64,000 nucleotides of DNA, taken from IMG/VR virus record IMGVR_UViG_3300034050_000143, one strand, 5' to 3'. Every line of letters starts with the position of its first letter. The stretch's first letter is position 1. The stretch comes from an uncultured virus (IMG/VR IMGVR_UViG_3300034050_000143). Its lineage: Duplodnaviria; Heunggongvirae; Uroviricota; Caudoviricetes; Crassvirales. The notes under the pieces were generated by a model. It did not search any database. It saw only the letters and a list, made by a program, of their open reading frames with translations, and was not told the origin of the DNA. Below are positions 50,501-60,191 of the stretch, piece by piece. The translations under genes and the position numbers were made by a program.

Positions 50501-53500
50501 GCGTGAAGCTAGAAACAACCCATCTAAGATGGCAGAAATAAAAGCGAAGCATAATGATTATATGAGTGGATTAGATGGTGTTTTCTGGGAAGAAGCAATA
50601 GTTCTATATTCCGATGCTTTGAGACGTGGTTATGTAACTTATAATGAAAATACATTTACAAAACTTGGAGATACAATAAGAAGAGTTTTACAATACCTAG
50701 GTATAAAAGATGTAAAATTTAATTCTGGTAAAGATGTTTATAATTTCTTAAAAGATTATAATAATAGCATTGAAACTGGAAATTGGGGTAAGGCATTGAC
50801 TAAAATGAGTAATAAAGGCGCTAGTATAGGTATAAAAAGCGATAAAGATGTTACAAAATCAAAACCATCAGCACCACAAAAGAAATTCTCTTTAAGTGAA
50901 AAAAAATCTGCAGATGAAATTAAAAAAGACGTAAATAAAAACTACAATAAAGATACTTTTACACAAAAAATAAATAGTGAAAGAGATCCTTCTTTATATG
51001 ACATATTAAAAGAATATGAGTTTATAGTTAAAGGTAAAGCTAAATCACTGGGTTACGCAAACACACCTGACTATAGTGAGTTAGATATGATAATGGAAAC
51101 TCAAATGGCTTTAATTCCTCATATTCGTAACTTTAATAAAGAATTTTTACAAAAAAGAGAAGAATATAAGCAAGAATTAATAAGTAAAGGTCTTGATCCT
51201 GACAGTAAAGAGTTTAAAGACAAAGTACAGACACAAGATGAAAAAGGTTATCAAGGTAAAAAAGGCATCGTAAAAGAAAATGACGACTTAAATGCTTGGA
51301 TAAATTCTCAGTTAGGTAATAAAATGAAGGTTGCACTTAATACAGGTAACGTAACTACTCAAAAATTTACAGAAGATGTAGAAGGTGAAATGTTTAAAGA
51401 ATCTAATATATCTGACGGTTTTGGTGGTGATGAAGGTTATTTAATGGACGAAGGTGAAACTGTCTTTGAAGCACAACAAGACTTTGAACAAGAGCAAAAT
51501 GCTTTAGCAGTTTTATTAAGTGATCCTGTATTTAGATTTACAGATGATAAAGGTAATTATATAGACATTGAAACAATACCTTTTGGCGCACTATATGTAA
51601 CAGAAGCTACAGATCCTTCTGTTCCTGCTAATAAGAAATTAAAAACAGAAACTAATCTAGCAAAAATAAAAGAACTTAAAAAAGAGATAAGTGATTTAAG
51701 ACGTGGTTTAGAACTAGAATCTAAAAAAGATATAACACCTGAAGAAAAACAAGAACTTAAAAACTTAAAGTCTTTTGATTCTTTTGATCTATCTACTGGT
51801 AATGTAATAAAAACATTTAAAGCTTTATCTACACAAGACACACCTGCTAAAATCGTTATAGATGATGTTGCTCGTGAAATATTATATTCTCCAAACATTG
51901 AGACTTTAGAGTTCCGTAATTTTAAAGAGAAGTTATCTGATTTGTCTAAGACAATGATGAAAAGAATGACTTTTGAAACAGGTGAAGGACTTGAATCTTT
52001 AATGTATAATGAATGGAAGTTATTATACGATGTTATTAATCACCCTATTGATGCTGTTACTGGGGAATCTAGTTATGCATCTAAGAAATTGCCTCCTAGA
52101 TTAAAAGAATTTGATGATAAAGGTAATCTTAAGAAAATAGGTAATATAACTAGAGTTAAGTTCTTACAATCATTTTACGGAATAGAAGATGCTACTAGAA
52201 TAATAAATAAGTTTGGTGGAAGTAATGCTGAATCAGAGATTTTACAGTTTGAAGATCCTGAAATGAATGATAAAACAGGTAATAAACTATGGCCAACCGC
52301 TTATTTTGATAGAAGAACAGCACTAAGAGAGTTATTTGGTGACGTAATGGTACTTCAAGAAGCTAGAAGACTAATACGTAACGAGGAATTTTTATCTAAA
52401 GTAGCTGAAAGAAATGTTAACTTATATAACAGTCTTAAAGATGATATTATTAGAGCAGAAGTTCTAAATAATATGGCTAAAGGTAAAAGTGATATAGTTA
52501 AATTTAGTTTAGCAGAAGAATCAAATGGTAAAATATCTGAATTTTTACAAGGATTAAACATAGGACAACAATGGGTTGTTGCTAGAGACATAGATAGAGC
52601 TATCTTAAATAGTAGATTATTAGTAGGAACACAACAAGACGTAGTAACTTTTAAAGTTCCTAGTAGATCTAAAATGTCTGATAAATCAACTGCTTATTTT
52701 ATAATAAGTAAAGTTGCAGAAGGTTACAATAACTTTGAGTTCATGGTTGATAAGAATTCCAAAGGTCCTTTAACTAAACAGGTGTTAAATGCTGTTGATA
52801 TTAAAAACAAAGATATATCTAAAACAAAACAAAATGCAATAGTTAAGTTTAGTCTAGAAGAAACAATGAATGATATAATAGAAGAAAATACTGGAGTAAA
52901 ATCTTCTGAAAAATTCTCTCCTGAAACTGCTAAAAACATAGGTAAAAACATAGGTAAAAATGAATTCTATCTACCACCACAAGATGAGGATTTCTTAGGT
53001 TTAATATATACACTTGCTTCTGGTAAAGGCGCGATGGGAGAGGCTCAGTTAGATTTCTTTAAAGATAATTTATTAAAACCTTATAGTACTGCGATGCTTA
53101 ATTTAATGAAAGCAAGACAGACTATGTATAAAGACTGGAAAGACTTAATAAAGAACAAACATAAAGGTATAACTAAGTTGTTGAAAGAAGATTCTGGATA
53201 TGAAGGTTATACTATAGATCAAGCTGTTAGGGTTTATCTTTGGAAAAATGCTAAATACGATATACCTGGATTAGATTCAAAAGACATGTTTAATTTGGTT
53301 CAATTAGTTAGAACTAATAAAAAACTAAGAGATTTTGCTACAGACGTTTCGTTATTATCTAAACAAGCTAATGGATATATAGAACCAGATAAGAATTGGG
53401 GTTTTGGTAGTGTTGTTGGAGATATAAACACTGTAATATCTAAGTCTAATAGAAAAAAATACTTAGAACAATGGCAGAACAATGTAGATAAGATATTCTC

Positions 53501-54887
53501 TAAAGATAACATGAGTAAGATAGAAGCTGTTTATGGCAGACAATATGCTAGTGCTTTAAGGAATATGTTAGATAGAATGGAAAGTGGTACTAACAGACAG
53601 AAAGGTTCTAATGATGAATTTTTAAACTGGTTAAATGGTGCTACAGCTGATGTAATGTGGTGGAACGTTCGTTCTGCTGCTCTACAAACATTAGGAGCTA
53701 TAAACTATATAAATACTAGTGATAACAATATATTAAAAGCTAGTAAGGCATTTTTAAATATGCCTCAGTTTATAGAAGACTTCATGACTATATGGAGATC
53801 AGATTATTCTAAAGATAGAAGATCTGGACTTATGAATGACGTTGCTGAAGCTGAATTTGCTCAAATGATGAACGATCCAAGAAATAAAAGTCTTGGAGAT
53901 AAGTTAAAAGCGGCTAACTATTATCTACTTAAAAACGGATTCAATGCTACTAGATTTATGGATAGTTTCGCTATTGCATTAGGTGGTGCTAGTTTCTATA
54001 GAAATAGATTAGATACATATAAAAAACAAGGTCTATCAGATGAAGAAGCTGAAACTAAAACAATGAGTGACTTCTATGATGTATCAGAACAGTCGCAACA
54101 ATCAGCAGATGTTTCTAAAATATCTAAAAATCAAGCAAGTACTAGAGGTAGATTGCTATTAGCCTTCTTAAATACTCCTTTTCAATATTCAAGACTTATA
54201 AAGAAATCAGTAATTGATTTAGTTAAAGGAAGAGGAAGTGTTGTAAACAATGTTTCAAAGATAGTATATTATGGTGTAGTTCAAAACGTTATGTTTAACA
54301 TGCTTCAAAATGCTTTATTCACTAAGATATTTGGTGATGATGACGAAGAAGAACTTACTACTGCAGAAATGAGAACTATAAACGGTGCTTTAGATACAAT
54401 ATTAAGAGGTGCTGGTTTAACAGGAGTATTAATGTCTGTAGCTAAAAATGCTATAGTTAAATGGTATGAAAAAAGTGGTGATCCAAAAGGTTACGGTGAT
54501 GTATTGTTAGAACTAGCAAACGTTGCTCCTGCTATAGGAACTAAACTTAGATCAGTAGCTAAAGCATATAAAGCATTTGAATATAATAAAGACGAAATAA
54601 TGTATAAAGGATTTAGTCTTGATAATGAATATGCTATTGAAGCTCTTACTTCTTTAACTACGGCTAGATATAATATACCTTTAGATAGAATATATCAAAA
54701 ATCACAGAATATTATGGCTGCTTTAGATTCAGAAACAGAGAACTGGCAGAGAGTATTCTTATTGATGGGTTATAGCGCATGGAATTTAGGCATGGAAGAT
54801 AAAGATGAAAAACCAGAGACTAACGCTAGAAGTTTAAAAAAATCTAATCTAACAAGAGGAGGTTTGAAAAAACAAGGTTTAAGATAA
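47556..54887 (+). CDS. Giant internal virion polyprotein (2443 aa) with zincin motif and sigma-2-like segment
   Basis: HEFLH...WEEA at aa 906; KFSL x3; helical/hydrophobic C-terminal ejection-type region. Confidence 0.8.
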   Translation: MEDLYTLPDGSTVDISKYSQLQRMQFLLDNEGAKKSKGGAKSAVVTPRKNKALTKDTDSKSVSGTSAPQKFRLPTIEELQKKGEAPPPSESASPSIVDVSRLYNMVGNTGNQVNQQNFKTATTKGRKEQKVEGYFTAGSGAIDDLVESIDNPGNTKNKRRDLKYSIDTIKNKIQLTDSNLLNPYLYYSSNKKGIDDSFVDKNYSSKELQDIGVNPDDFDGYLNKKGYKEDFLKKEAQGLYEGTGNAAFSRYNIGLAKELAKKKMLNMYMEDMQGRDFTKQDLDQDLEIAFGMRDKKEIVRNEIFNTNGISKYVEKNFPIVTQKLKDRDIENKRIYEESKKGGTDFFSWDTLGKMGKSGWNAVSDRTKQISATVYDTLGMDTTAEGIRALDEENKFIRPDDRGIAYASGKSVSYKGTNYLVDSKGEIYDTDAKIRVTDLFDESEYKNIVETSKYAPSDFVFSTQGAAVQTSGVMADMLIQAAVTRGIGQFGAMASGARLALNGARQTSRFTSILNDSSQLLKRIPLDRATGYSMIAQGALGYSQGYEDTLKAARDAGINDEEAFKLASTSAQRMAILYSTTGAINPQTKLVENVFGSKNVIKKAIDQYLKTGEKGFVAYIDDIIKSTPRNLVEFAEEGGKEVIQENIQQAGELGVNRLTNQEAGKKIVNDVMTGDDFMNTSILSFISSGLISKAKIPSFSSNDNNVDNLTSLNTLAKNKKEFVKIVDGLVDQKVFTLDQVKALKDDVDIYDNNVNKIPKSISPEIAMPVMRELDKVTKLQNEKESVDKAFHPKLDEKINQIRQNILDIEYSNDLKIKNKQILNAINKGVAKGISTKSFSTTEEVNNYLINEVGIPEKDVSMYSSQGGFALSSAALKKYSKDPDSIPENTQLIVINESKSRDAGVIQHEFLHGVLQNTLKENPEAQKLIGNALAKELLKINDNLKKKGLDESALPVEYAKRLGAYMERNTNDKAEAIARYEINMREARNNPSKMAEIKAKHNDYMSGLDGVFWEEAIVLYSDALRRGYVTYNENTFTKLGDTIRRVLQYLGIKDVKFNSGKDVYNFLKDYNNSIETGNWGKALTKMSNKGASIGIKSDKDVTKSKPSAPQKKFSLSEKKSADEIKKDVNKNYNKDTFTQKINSERDPSLYDILKEYEFIVKGKAKSLGYANTPDYSELDMIMETQMALIPHIRNFNKEFLQKREEYKQELISKGLDPDSKEFKDKVQTQDEKGYQGKKGIVKENDDLNAWINSQLGNKMKVALNTGNVTTQKFTEDVEGEMFKESNISDGFGGDEGYLMDEGETVFEAQQDFEQEQNALAVLLSDPVFRFTDDKGNYIDIETIPFGALYVTEATDPSVPANKKLKTETNLAKIKELKKEISDLRRGLELESKKDITPEEKQELKNLKSFDSFDLSTGNVIKTFKALSTQDTPAKIVIDDVAREILYSPNIETLEFRNFKEKLSDLSKTMMKRMTFETGEGLESLMYNEWKLLYDVINHPIDAVTGESSYASKKLPPRLKEFDDKGNLKKIGNITRVKFLQSFYGIEDATRIINKFGGSNAESEILQFEDPEMNDKTGNKLWPTAYFDRRTALRELFGDVMVLQEARRLIRNEEFLSKVAERNVNLYNSLKDDIIRAEVLNNMAKGKSDIVKFSLAEESNGKISEFLQGLNIGQQWVVARDIDRAILNSRLLVGTQQDVVTFKVPSRSKMSDKSTAYFIISKVAEGYNNFEFMVDKNSKGPLTKQVLNAVDIKNKDISKTKQNAIVKFSLEETMNDIIEENTGVKSSEKFSPETAKNIGKNIGKNEFYLPPQDEDFLGLIYTLASGKGAMGEAQLDFFKDNLLKPYSTAMLNLMKARQTMYKDWKDLIKNKHKGITKLLKEDSGYEGYTIDQAVRVYLWKNAKYDIPGLDSKDMFNLVQLVRTNKKLRDFATDVSLLSKQANGYIEPDKNWGFGSVVGDINTVISKSNRKKYLEQWQNNVDKIFSKDNMSKIEAVYGRQYASALRNMLDRMESGTNRQKGSNDEFLNWLNGATADVMWWNVRSAALQTLGAINYINTSDNNILKASKAFLNMPQFIEDFMTIWRSDYSKDRRSGLMNDVAEAEFAQMMNDPRNKSLGDKLKAANYYLLKNGFNATRFMDSFAIALGGASFYRNRLDTYKKQGLSDEEAETKTMSDFYDVSEQSQQSADVSKISKNQASTRGRLLLAFLNTPFQYSRLIKKSVIDLVKGRGSVVNNVSKIVYYGVVQNVMFNMLQNALFTKIFGDDDEEELTTAEMRTINGALDTILRGAGLTGVLMSVAKNAIVKWYEKSGDPKGYGDVLLELANVAPAIGTKLRSVAKAYKAFEYNKDEIMYKGFSLDNEYAIEALTSLTTARYNIPLDRIYQKSQNIMAALDSETENWQRVFLLMGYSAWNLGMEDKDEKPETNARSLKKSNLTRGGLKKQGLR

Positions 54888-54930
54888 TAGAAACAATATA
54901 AGATGAGCAACATACTCAAAGTTTCTATAT

Positions 54931-54969
54931 AAGAAAAGGGGATCACAATTAAGTGTATCCCCTTTCTTT
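54931..54969. terminator. Bidirectional terminator between convergent blocks
   Basis: AAGAAAAGGGGATCAC-AATTAA-GTGTATCCCCTTTCTT hairpin. Confidence 0.85.
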
Positions 54970-54994
54970 ATTTAGTGTGTATAGCACTTATAAG

Positions 54995-55425
54995 TTATTC
55001 CGTTAATGGTTCAATATCAATAGGTGCGCTTTCTGGTTTTAATCTTTCAGTCATTAGTTTGATAGCATCGTCATAACTAGGCATTAGTTTTAAAGTTTGT
55101 AACGTTCCAGCGGCTAATGTTGTTAAATGCTGTTGTTCGTCCATTACTTGCTGTAGAACTCTAACTAAAGCTTCTACTTTATTTTTCATTTCAATTAAAC
55201 TTTGTTCTTTCATTTTTCTAATTCTTTAATAAGCTTTTTAATCAATTTAAACTCTCCGTGAGTAATTCCTATTGTTCTATCTGTATAATTACAAACGTTT
55301 ATATCAAATCCTTCTCCATTATTCCATTCGGTTATTTCTACATAACCATGTTCTTTAGCTAAAAAATCATAATCTTTTAACGAAGAGAATATTGTTTTTC
55401 TATCGTATCTTTCTATTTCTTTCAT
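54995..55425 (-). CDS. Two short hypothetical genes (54995-55213, 55210-55425)
   Basis: Overlapping ORFs at the end of the leftward operon. Confidence 0.65.
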
Positions 55426-55557
55426 TTGTCTATAGTAAATATAATATTTATGAATGGTAAATATAACACATGTGTATTGAATGTTTGTTCTTCATAGGTT
55501 CTAATTCCAAGCAGAATACCTGGATATGTGCCAATTGCTAATTCCCAACCTTTTTCA

Positions 55558-56016
55558 TCATTGTTTAACGTCATCTTGTCTTTGTTTTAATATTAATCTA
55601 ACGGTCTCATCACAGTCTTTCTGCGATTGAGGTTTGTATAGTATTCTAGTGTCATTATTATTTGTCATCCAATCTTTAAACATTTTCCAGCGTAAAGGAA
55701 AAGAATCATTCGCTTTACCTTTTGTTTCTATTATAAAATCCCACCCAGTAAAATCTGGAGTATACTTTATATTGAGAACTTTTTTATTACCTCTATTCAC
55801 GAAATCACCTTTACCATTTGATTGCCGTTCATAACAGTTATTACTAAACTGAAAAGCATGTAATAATTCAAAGTTCTCGCCTTCGTATCTAAAATCTATA
55901 TTAGCATCTTTTAAAGCTTTATACATATACTTTTCCAAACCAGAAGCGAAGGTAATACCATTATATATTACCTTCTTTGAAACAACTGGTCCTTTTTTCC
56001 TACTTATCCTCTTCAT
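55558..56016 (-). CDS. T7 endonuclease I-like Holliday junction resolvase
   Basis: FASGLE...YE...YTPDF...IIETKG. Confidence 0.85.
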   Translation of the reverse strand: MKRISRKKGPVVSKKVIYNGITFASGLEKYMYKALKDANIDFRYEGENFELLHAFQFSNNCYERQSNGKGDFVNRGNKKVLNIKYTPDFTGWDFIIETKGKANDSFPLRWKMFKDWMTNNNDTRILYKPQSQKDCDETVRLILKQRQDDVKQ

Positions 56017-56387
56017 TAGTTACGATGACCATACTTTTCTTTTTTAGCGTCTACTAATTCGTAATTAACTTTAATATCACCGATAGAACTACTACATAAA
56101 TTTTCTAAATAACCAAAATCTAAAACTTCAGAATCGTCAAACTCTTTTATTAATGCTTCTTCTGTTAAATCTTGTATTTCTTCTCTACATGCTTGTATAT
56201 AAAGAATTGCATCCATTAACTCTTCTTGTACATCGTTTAAGTACTTAGCAAGACCTTTCATCTTTGTTGTACGTTCTTCATGTAATGTAGTTCCGTATTT
56301 AGCAAAACCAATATCTGATCTTGATACAAACTTTTGCACTACTCTTTCTACTACAGGATCTCTAAAATCTATTGATACTTTATTCAT
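56016..56387 (-). CDS. MazG-like/all-alpha nucleotide pyrophosphatase-related protein
   Basis: G.AKYG.TL...QEELMDAILY. Confidence 0.55.
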   Translation of the reverse strand: MNKVSIDFRDPVVERVVQKFVSRSDIGFAKYGTTLHEERTTKMKGLAKYLNDVQEELMDAILYIQACREEIQDLTEEALIKEFDDSEVLDFGYLENLCSSSIGDIKVNYELVDAKKEKYGHRN

Positions 56388-57229
56388 TATAATGTTGTTA
56401 TTAAAGGTTTATTTTCTTTTACAAAAGTACCATTTACCATCTGACCATGTCTTGATTTAATTACGTCATAAGCTGATACAATACAGTCTTCAACTTTTAA
56501 TCCCTCTAAGGCAGCTAGATTTGTCAATACAACCATCATATCGCCTATCGCATCAATAAATTCATCTTTATCATTCTTAAGAATAGATCTACTTAATTCA
56601 CCAGCTTCTTCCATTAGTTTTACAAACTGAGTTTTAGTATCACCATTTCTGTATATGCCACGCTCATCAGCCCATTGTCTAATCAAGTCATATACATTAG
56701 GAACTTCAACTTCAACTTCTTCAGGTTGATTTTTATGTTCCATTGCTGGACTTTTCTTACCTAATGATTTACAATACTCATCCATTGCTTTATTATAAAT
56801 AAATGAACGAGCTGGATTGTACATAGATGTTTTAGCGTTTTTAACTATCCAATCGCATAGGTCAGGCGTTAAAAGATATTTACCAAAAGAATTATCTAAT
56901 TGAATACCTAAACTATCCATTAAATTACCCTTTAACTTGTTTAGCGGATAAGGAAATGTAGTTGTTTGTTCTGTTACGTTTAATACCATTCGATTTAATT
57001 TTTTGTTTAATTTATTAGTTATTAATTCTTTGTAAGATTGCCTATCTACTTTATAGCCAAATTTGTTTTGAAGTTCTATCTCTTTATTAGAGATGTAATC
57101 TATACATTCACTTGAATCTAGAACTTCATATTCTTTATAACCATAACCTTGTTGTCTAGTTAATCTTTCCTTAAGATTACATGTAACTCCTATTTTTTTA
57201 CCAAATATATGATATAGATAGTATTTCAT
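56387..57229 (-). CDS. Fusion: GIY-YIG-like N-terminus + MazG-like NTP pyrophosphohydrolase
   Basis: YYLYHI...KIGVT.NL.ER; WADERG...KLMEEAGEL...DAIGD. Confidence 0.8.
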   Translation of the reverse strand: MKYYLYHIFGKKIGVTCNLKERLTRQQGYGYKEYEVLDSSECIDYISNKEIELQNKFGYKVDRQSYKELITNKLNKKLNRMVLNVTEQTTTFPYPLNKLKGNLMDSLGIQLDNSFGKYLLTPDLCDWIVKNAKTSMYNPARSFIYNKAMDEYCKSLGKKSPAMEHKNQPEEVEVEVPNVYDLIRQWADERGIYRNGDTKTQFVKLMEEAGELSRSILKNDKDEFIDAIGDMMVVLTNLAALEGLKVEDCIVSAYDVIKSRHGQMVNGTFVKENKPLITTL

Positions 57230-57390
57230 AATTTATTCTTTTACAATTACTTCTAAGTTAAAAGACTCTAAATCTACAATTAAACCAACAGGTTCTAAAC
57301 CGTTTTCTATTAATTTATTAAAAAACTCTTTTAAATTGTTTCTTATAAAGTAACCACCTCTAGCATTATAATCACCGTCTTTCCAAAATT

Positions 57391-57585
57391 CTATTGTTTT
57401 TTTATCTTCCATAATTGTTTAATATTTTCTACTTCTTGTTTAACTTCATACCAGTATTTTGCTCCTGTTTCTTTTATTAATTGATTAACTGCTACCAAAG
57501 CGCATTGTTGTGCTTTTTCTTCATCCGCTATTATATCTCTATAGAATTTAAAGAATAAATGAAACGCTTGTTCTTTTGGTCTCAT
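57391..57585 (-). CDS. Hypothetical protein
   Basis: 64-aa ORF, AQQCALVAV...YWYEVKQE. Confidence 0.65.
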   Translation of the reverse strand: MRPKEQAFHLFFKFYRDIIADEEKAQQCALVAVNQLIKETGAKYWYEVKQEVENIKQLWKIKKQ

Positions 57586-58220
57586 AATTTGTCGTTGTAT
57601 AAATGTAAATTATGAGCAAAATGATAATATGTACCAATCTCTATTTGTAATATATGAGCAATATCAGCTTGTAAGTTTGAAAAACAGAATTGATCGTTAC
57701 AGAAACCATACCAAATATCATTAGAACGCATTAGAACGGCCATATTTAATTTACCGTCTAATATTGTAAACTGAATAGCATACGTACAAGGAGTGTCATT
57801 AGAATACGTATCTATCTCTTTGCCATCATATATTGATATAGTTGCTTTTCTAGTGTTTGGATTGTCTTGAAGTAGTTTTATAACTTTACCTATTTGGTCG
57901 TTTCGTTTCCACTGCCAACCATAATTAGATCTAACGTTTCCATTCTCGTCCATCATGTTTTTCCATATTGGAGCAAACTTTGATATTTCTTCTGCATTAG
58001 GATCACCAGATAAATACCACATCCATTCTCTCATAGCATAGACTGGATTCCATTTCCTACTAAGATCTCTAATAGAATTGTCTGTTGGATTTTCTATGTA
58101 GAAACCTACGTTAAACAAAGCTTTAGTGTCGTCAAAATCAACTCCTTCTAAGATTATTTTGTCTAATAAATATCTGTAGGCTTCATCTGCATTTTTAAAA
58201 CTATTTTTCATACTTGTCAT
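57582..58220 (-). CDS. Thymidylate-synthase-fold enzyme, probably dCMP (hydroxy)methylase
   Basis: SNYGW, DTPC, MRSNDIWYGFCND, HNLHLY. Confidence 0.8.
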   Translation of the reverse strand: MTSMKNSFKNADEAYRYLLDKIILEGVDFDDTKALFNVGFYIENPTDNSIRDLSRKWNPVYAMREWMWYLSGDPNAEEISKFAPIWKNMMDENGNVRSNYGWQWKRNDQIGKVIKLLQDNPNTRKATISIYDGKEIDTYSNDTPCTYAIQFTILDGKLNMAVLMRSNDIWYGFCNDQFCFSNLQADIAHILQIEIGTYYHFAHNLHLYNDKL

Positions 58221-58446
58221 AATAATATGTGTAATACTTGAATATTTGTTTCCATATTTCGTTTTTTTTGTATGTAACTGGACTTATACTTATCTTTTTA
58301 TTCATATCGATACATATAAACCATTCTATTAAAGATTTAGCTTGTGGTGATATATAAATGCCATTATTGACACACCAAACATGTGCTTTTCTTTCTTTAT
58401 CAGAAGGAAGATAATCTCCCATGTCTACACCTTTTTTAACCGCCAC
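58201..58446 (-). CDS. Hypothetical protein
   Basis: 81-aa ORF between primase and TS-fold gene. Confidence 0.65.
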   Translation of the reverse strand: MAVKKGVDMGDYLPSDKERKAHVWCVNNGIYISPQAKSLIEWFICIDMNKKISISPVTYKKNEIWKQIFKYYTYYYDKYEK

Positions 58447-60159
58447 TTAGTCCCAAGGCATTTTATCATCACTAGTGTCTAATGGTTCATGAGGTATAAA
58501 ACAACCAGAACGTGGTTCCCATTTAAAATGCGCTTCTGCTCCGTTCTCACCGAGGTTTTGAAACTTTACTTTAAGTACTTTACATTTAACTGTTTTATCT
58601 TCATAATTCCTATGAACTAATAAACCATGATACGAAGCATCATACCATTCACCACCACCTTTTATATTATACATAGTAGGTTCTTCTATTTTACCTTCTC
58701 TATCTTTATACATTTTAGTTGGGTGAGCAACTACGATAACTAATACATCATACTTTTTAGCAAAGACTTCTATCTGTTGTAGATATTCTAACGTATAAAC
58801 ATTTACATCTCCAGAAGCATCTGTTGCTCTAACCTTATTAAATGGATCTATAACAAGACATTTAATACCTTTACGTTTAACCAACTCAGCACCTTTTCTA
58901 AGAACAGACTCTAACGTATAACGTTCCATGTCTATAAAGAAATAACTACTATTAACATGCGTTGCTATTTGATTCCACTTTTCTCCGTGTATATCTTCTG
59001 CTGAAGGCATATCGCCCCAGGTTTTACGCATTAGTTTATGAGCATGTAAATAAGTAGGTTGATTCTCTGGTGAAGCAAATGCTGTTTTCCAACCATACTT
59101 ACCATTGTAACCTACAACCATTTGGTCAACAAAATCAGACTTACCACTGCTAGGTATACCAGTAACGGTAATAAACTGACCCGTATAAGTAGAAAATATG
59201 CTATCAAAGTTATCGAGTCCGACTTGAAACCCAGGTTTGAAACCATTTCTAACAAAATCCGTGACTTCATCTTCAATGTCACGGAATGTAGTAACATTTT
59301 CCAGCGGAACAGGTTTAGATCTTGATATTCTTTGTGATAATGCTTCTTTTCCATATTTAATTAAGTATTCGTTTGCGTCTTTACAATCATCGAAAGTTGC
59401 AATATAACAAGTTTCTGATCCTAGTCGTCTAACTAGTTCTGTCTGTAAGGCTTGCCCAGCAGCGTCTGAATCAACTGCAATAATGATTTTTGATTTGTCT
59501 TCAAAGTAATCAATACAATTATCTAAGTACTCGAGATTGTTTGTGCCTAAGGTTGCACCATTAGGAACAGATATTGCATTAGTAATCCCTGCTTCGTGTA
59601 ATGCTAATACGTCCATTTCGCCTTCAACAATAACACAATATTCAAAACCTACAATGCTGTTAATATTATAGAATACTTTTTCAGCTCCTTTGAATAATTT
59701 AAAGTGTTTATGCCCGTCTCTGTATTTTACATTGATAAGTTGATCGCCAATAAAATAATTAAAGTGTATAGCATTTTCTGTTTTACCAGTTTGAGGCATA
59801 AACTCTGGCCCTTCTGTAACTTGTAAATCTGTTAATGTTTGTTTTGATATTCCACGATCCGCAAACCAGTCAGCCACTTTTGAACTAGGTGGTAATACCG
59901 TAATTGCTGTTGGCCTTGTATATACTTTTTCACTTGCACCTTTACGTTGATAGGTATGTAATTGAAAAGTCTTGTTGCAGTTATGGCAAGTACCTATGCC
60001 CCGCTCCCAATCATAAGATGCACACTTTGCTTTTTCATTCTTAGGTTTTCTATCAGAAGAACACATAGGACAAACACCTTGCGTTTTACCTTCTTCTAGA
60101 CCATATTGATTGAAAGTATCAATCAAGAATCCATTGATCTCTGTATTATTTACTTGCAT
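58447..60159 (-). CDS. Primase-helicase (T7 gp4/Twinkle-like)
   Basis: CPMC..CHNC zinc finger, TOPRIM VEGEMD/DSD..G/KDANE, Walker A GIPSSGKS, VAHP. Confidence 0.95.
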   Translation of the reverse strand: MQVNNTEINGFLIDTFNQYGLEEGKTQGVCPMCSSDRKPKNEKAKCASYDWERGIGTCHNCNKTFQLHTYQRKGASEKVYTRPTAITVLPPSSKVADWFADRGISKQTLTDLQVTEGPEFMPQTGKTENAIHFNYFIGDQLINVKYRDGHKHFKLFKGAEKVFYNINSIVGFEYCVIVEGEMDVLALHEAGITNAISVPNGATLGTNNLEYLDNCIDYFEDKSKIIIAVDSDAAGQALQTELVRRLGSETCYIATFDDCKDANEYLIKYGKEALSQRISRSKPVPLENVTTFRDIEDEVTDFVRNGFKPGFQVGLDNFDSIFSTYTGQFITVTGIPSSGKSDFVDQMVVGYNGKYGWKTAFASPENQPTYLHAHKLMRKTWGDMPSAEDIHGEKWNQIATHVNSSYFFIDMERYTLESVLRKGAELVKRKGIKCLVIDPFNKVRATDASGDVNVYTLEYLQQIEVFAKKYDVLVIVVAHPTKMYKDREGKIEEPTMYNIKGGGEWYDASYHGLLVHRNYEDKTVKCKVLKVKFQNLGENGAEAHFKWEPRSGCFIPHEPLDTSDDKMPWD

Positions 60160-60191
60160 TTATTAGATTTAATTGTTACTAATTATAGATA

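Noticed and set aside
47556..54887. crAss-type virion RNA polymerase in the giant protein
   Set aside because: No DxDxD catalytic motif found; the closest string PDDFDGY (~48200) lacks the third Asp
57582..58220. Plain thyA annotation
   Set aside because: The specificity residue is Asp rather than Asn, so the symbol was withheld
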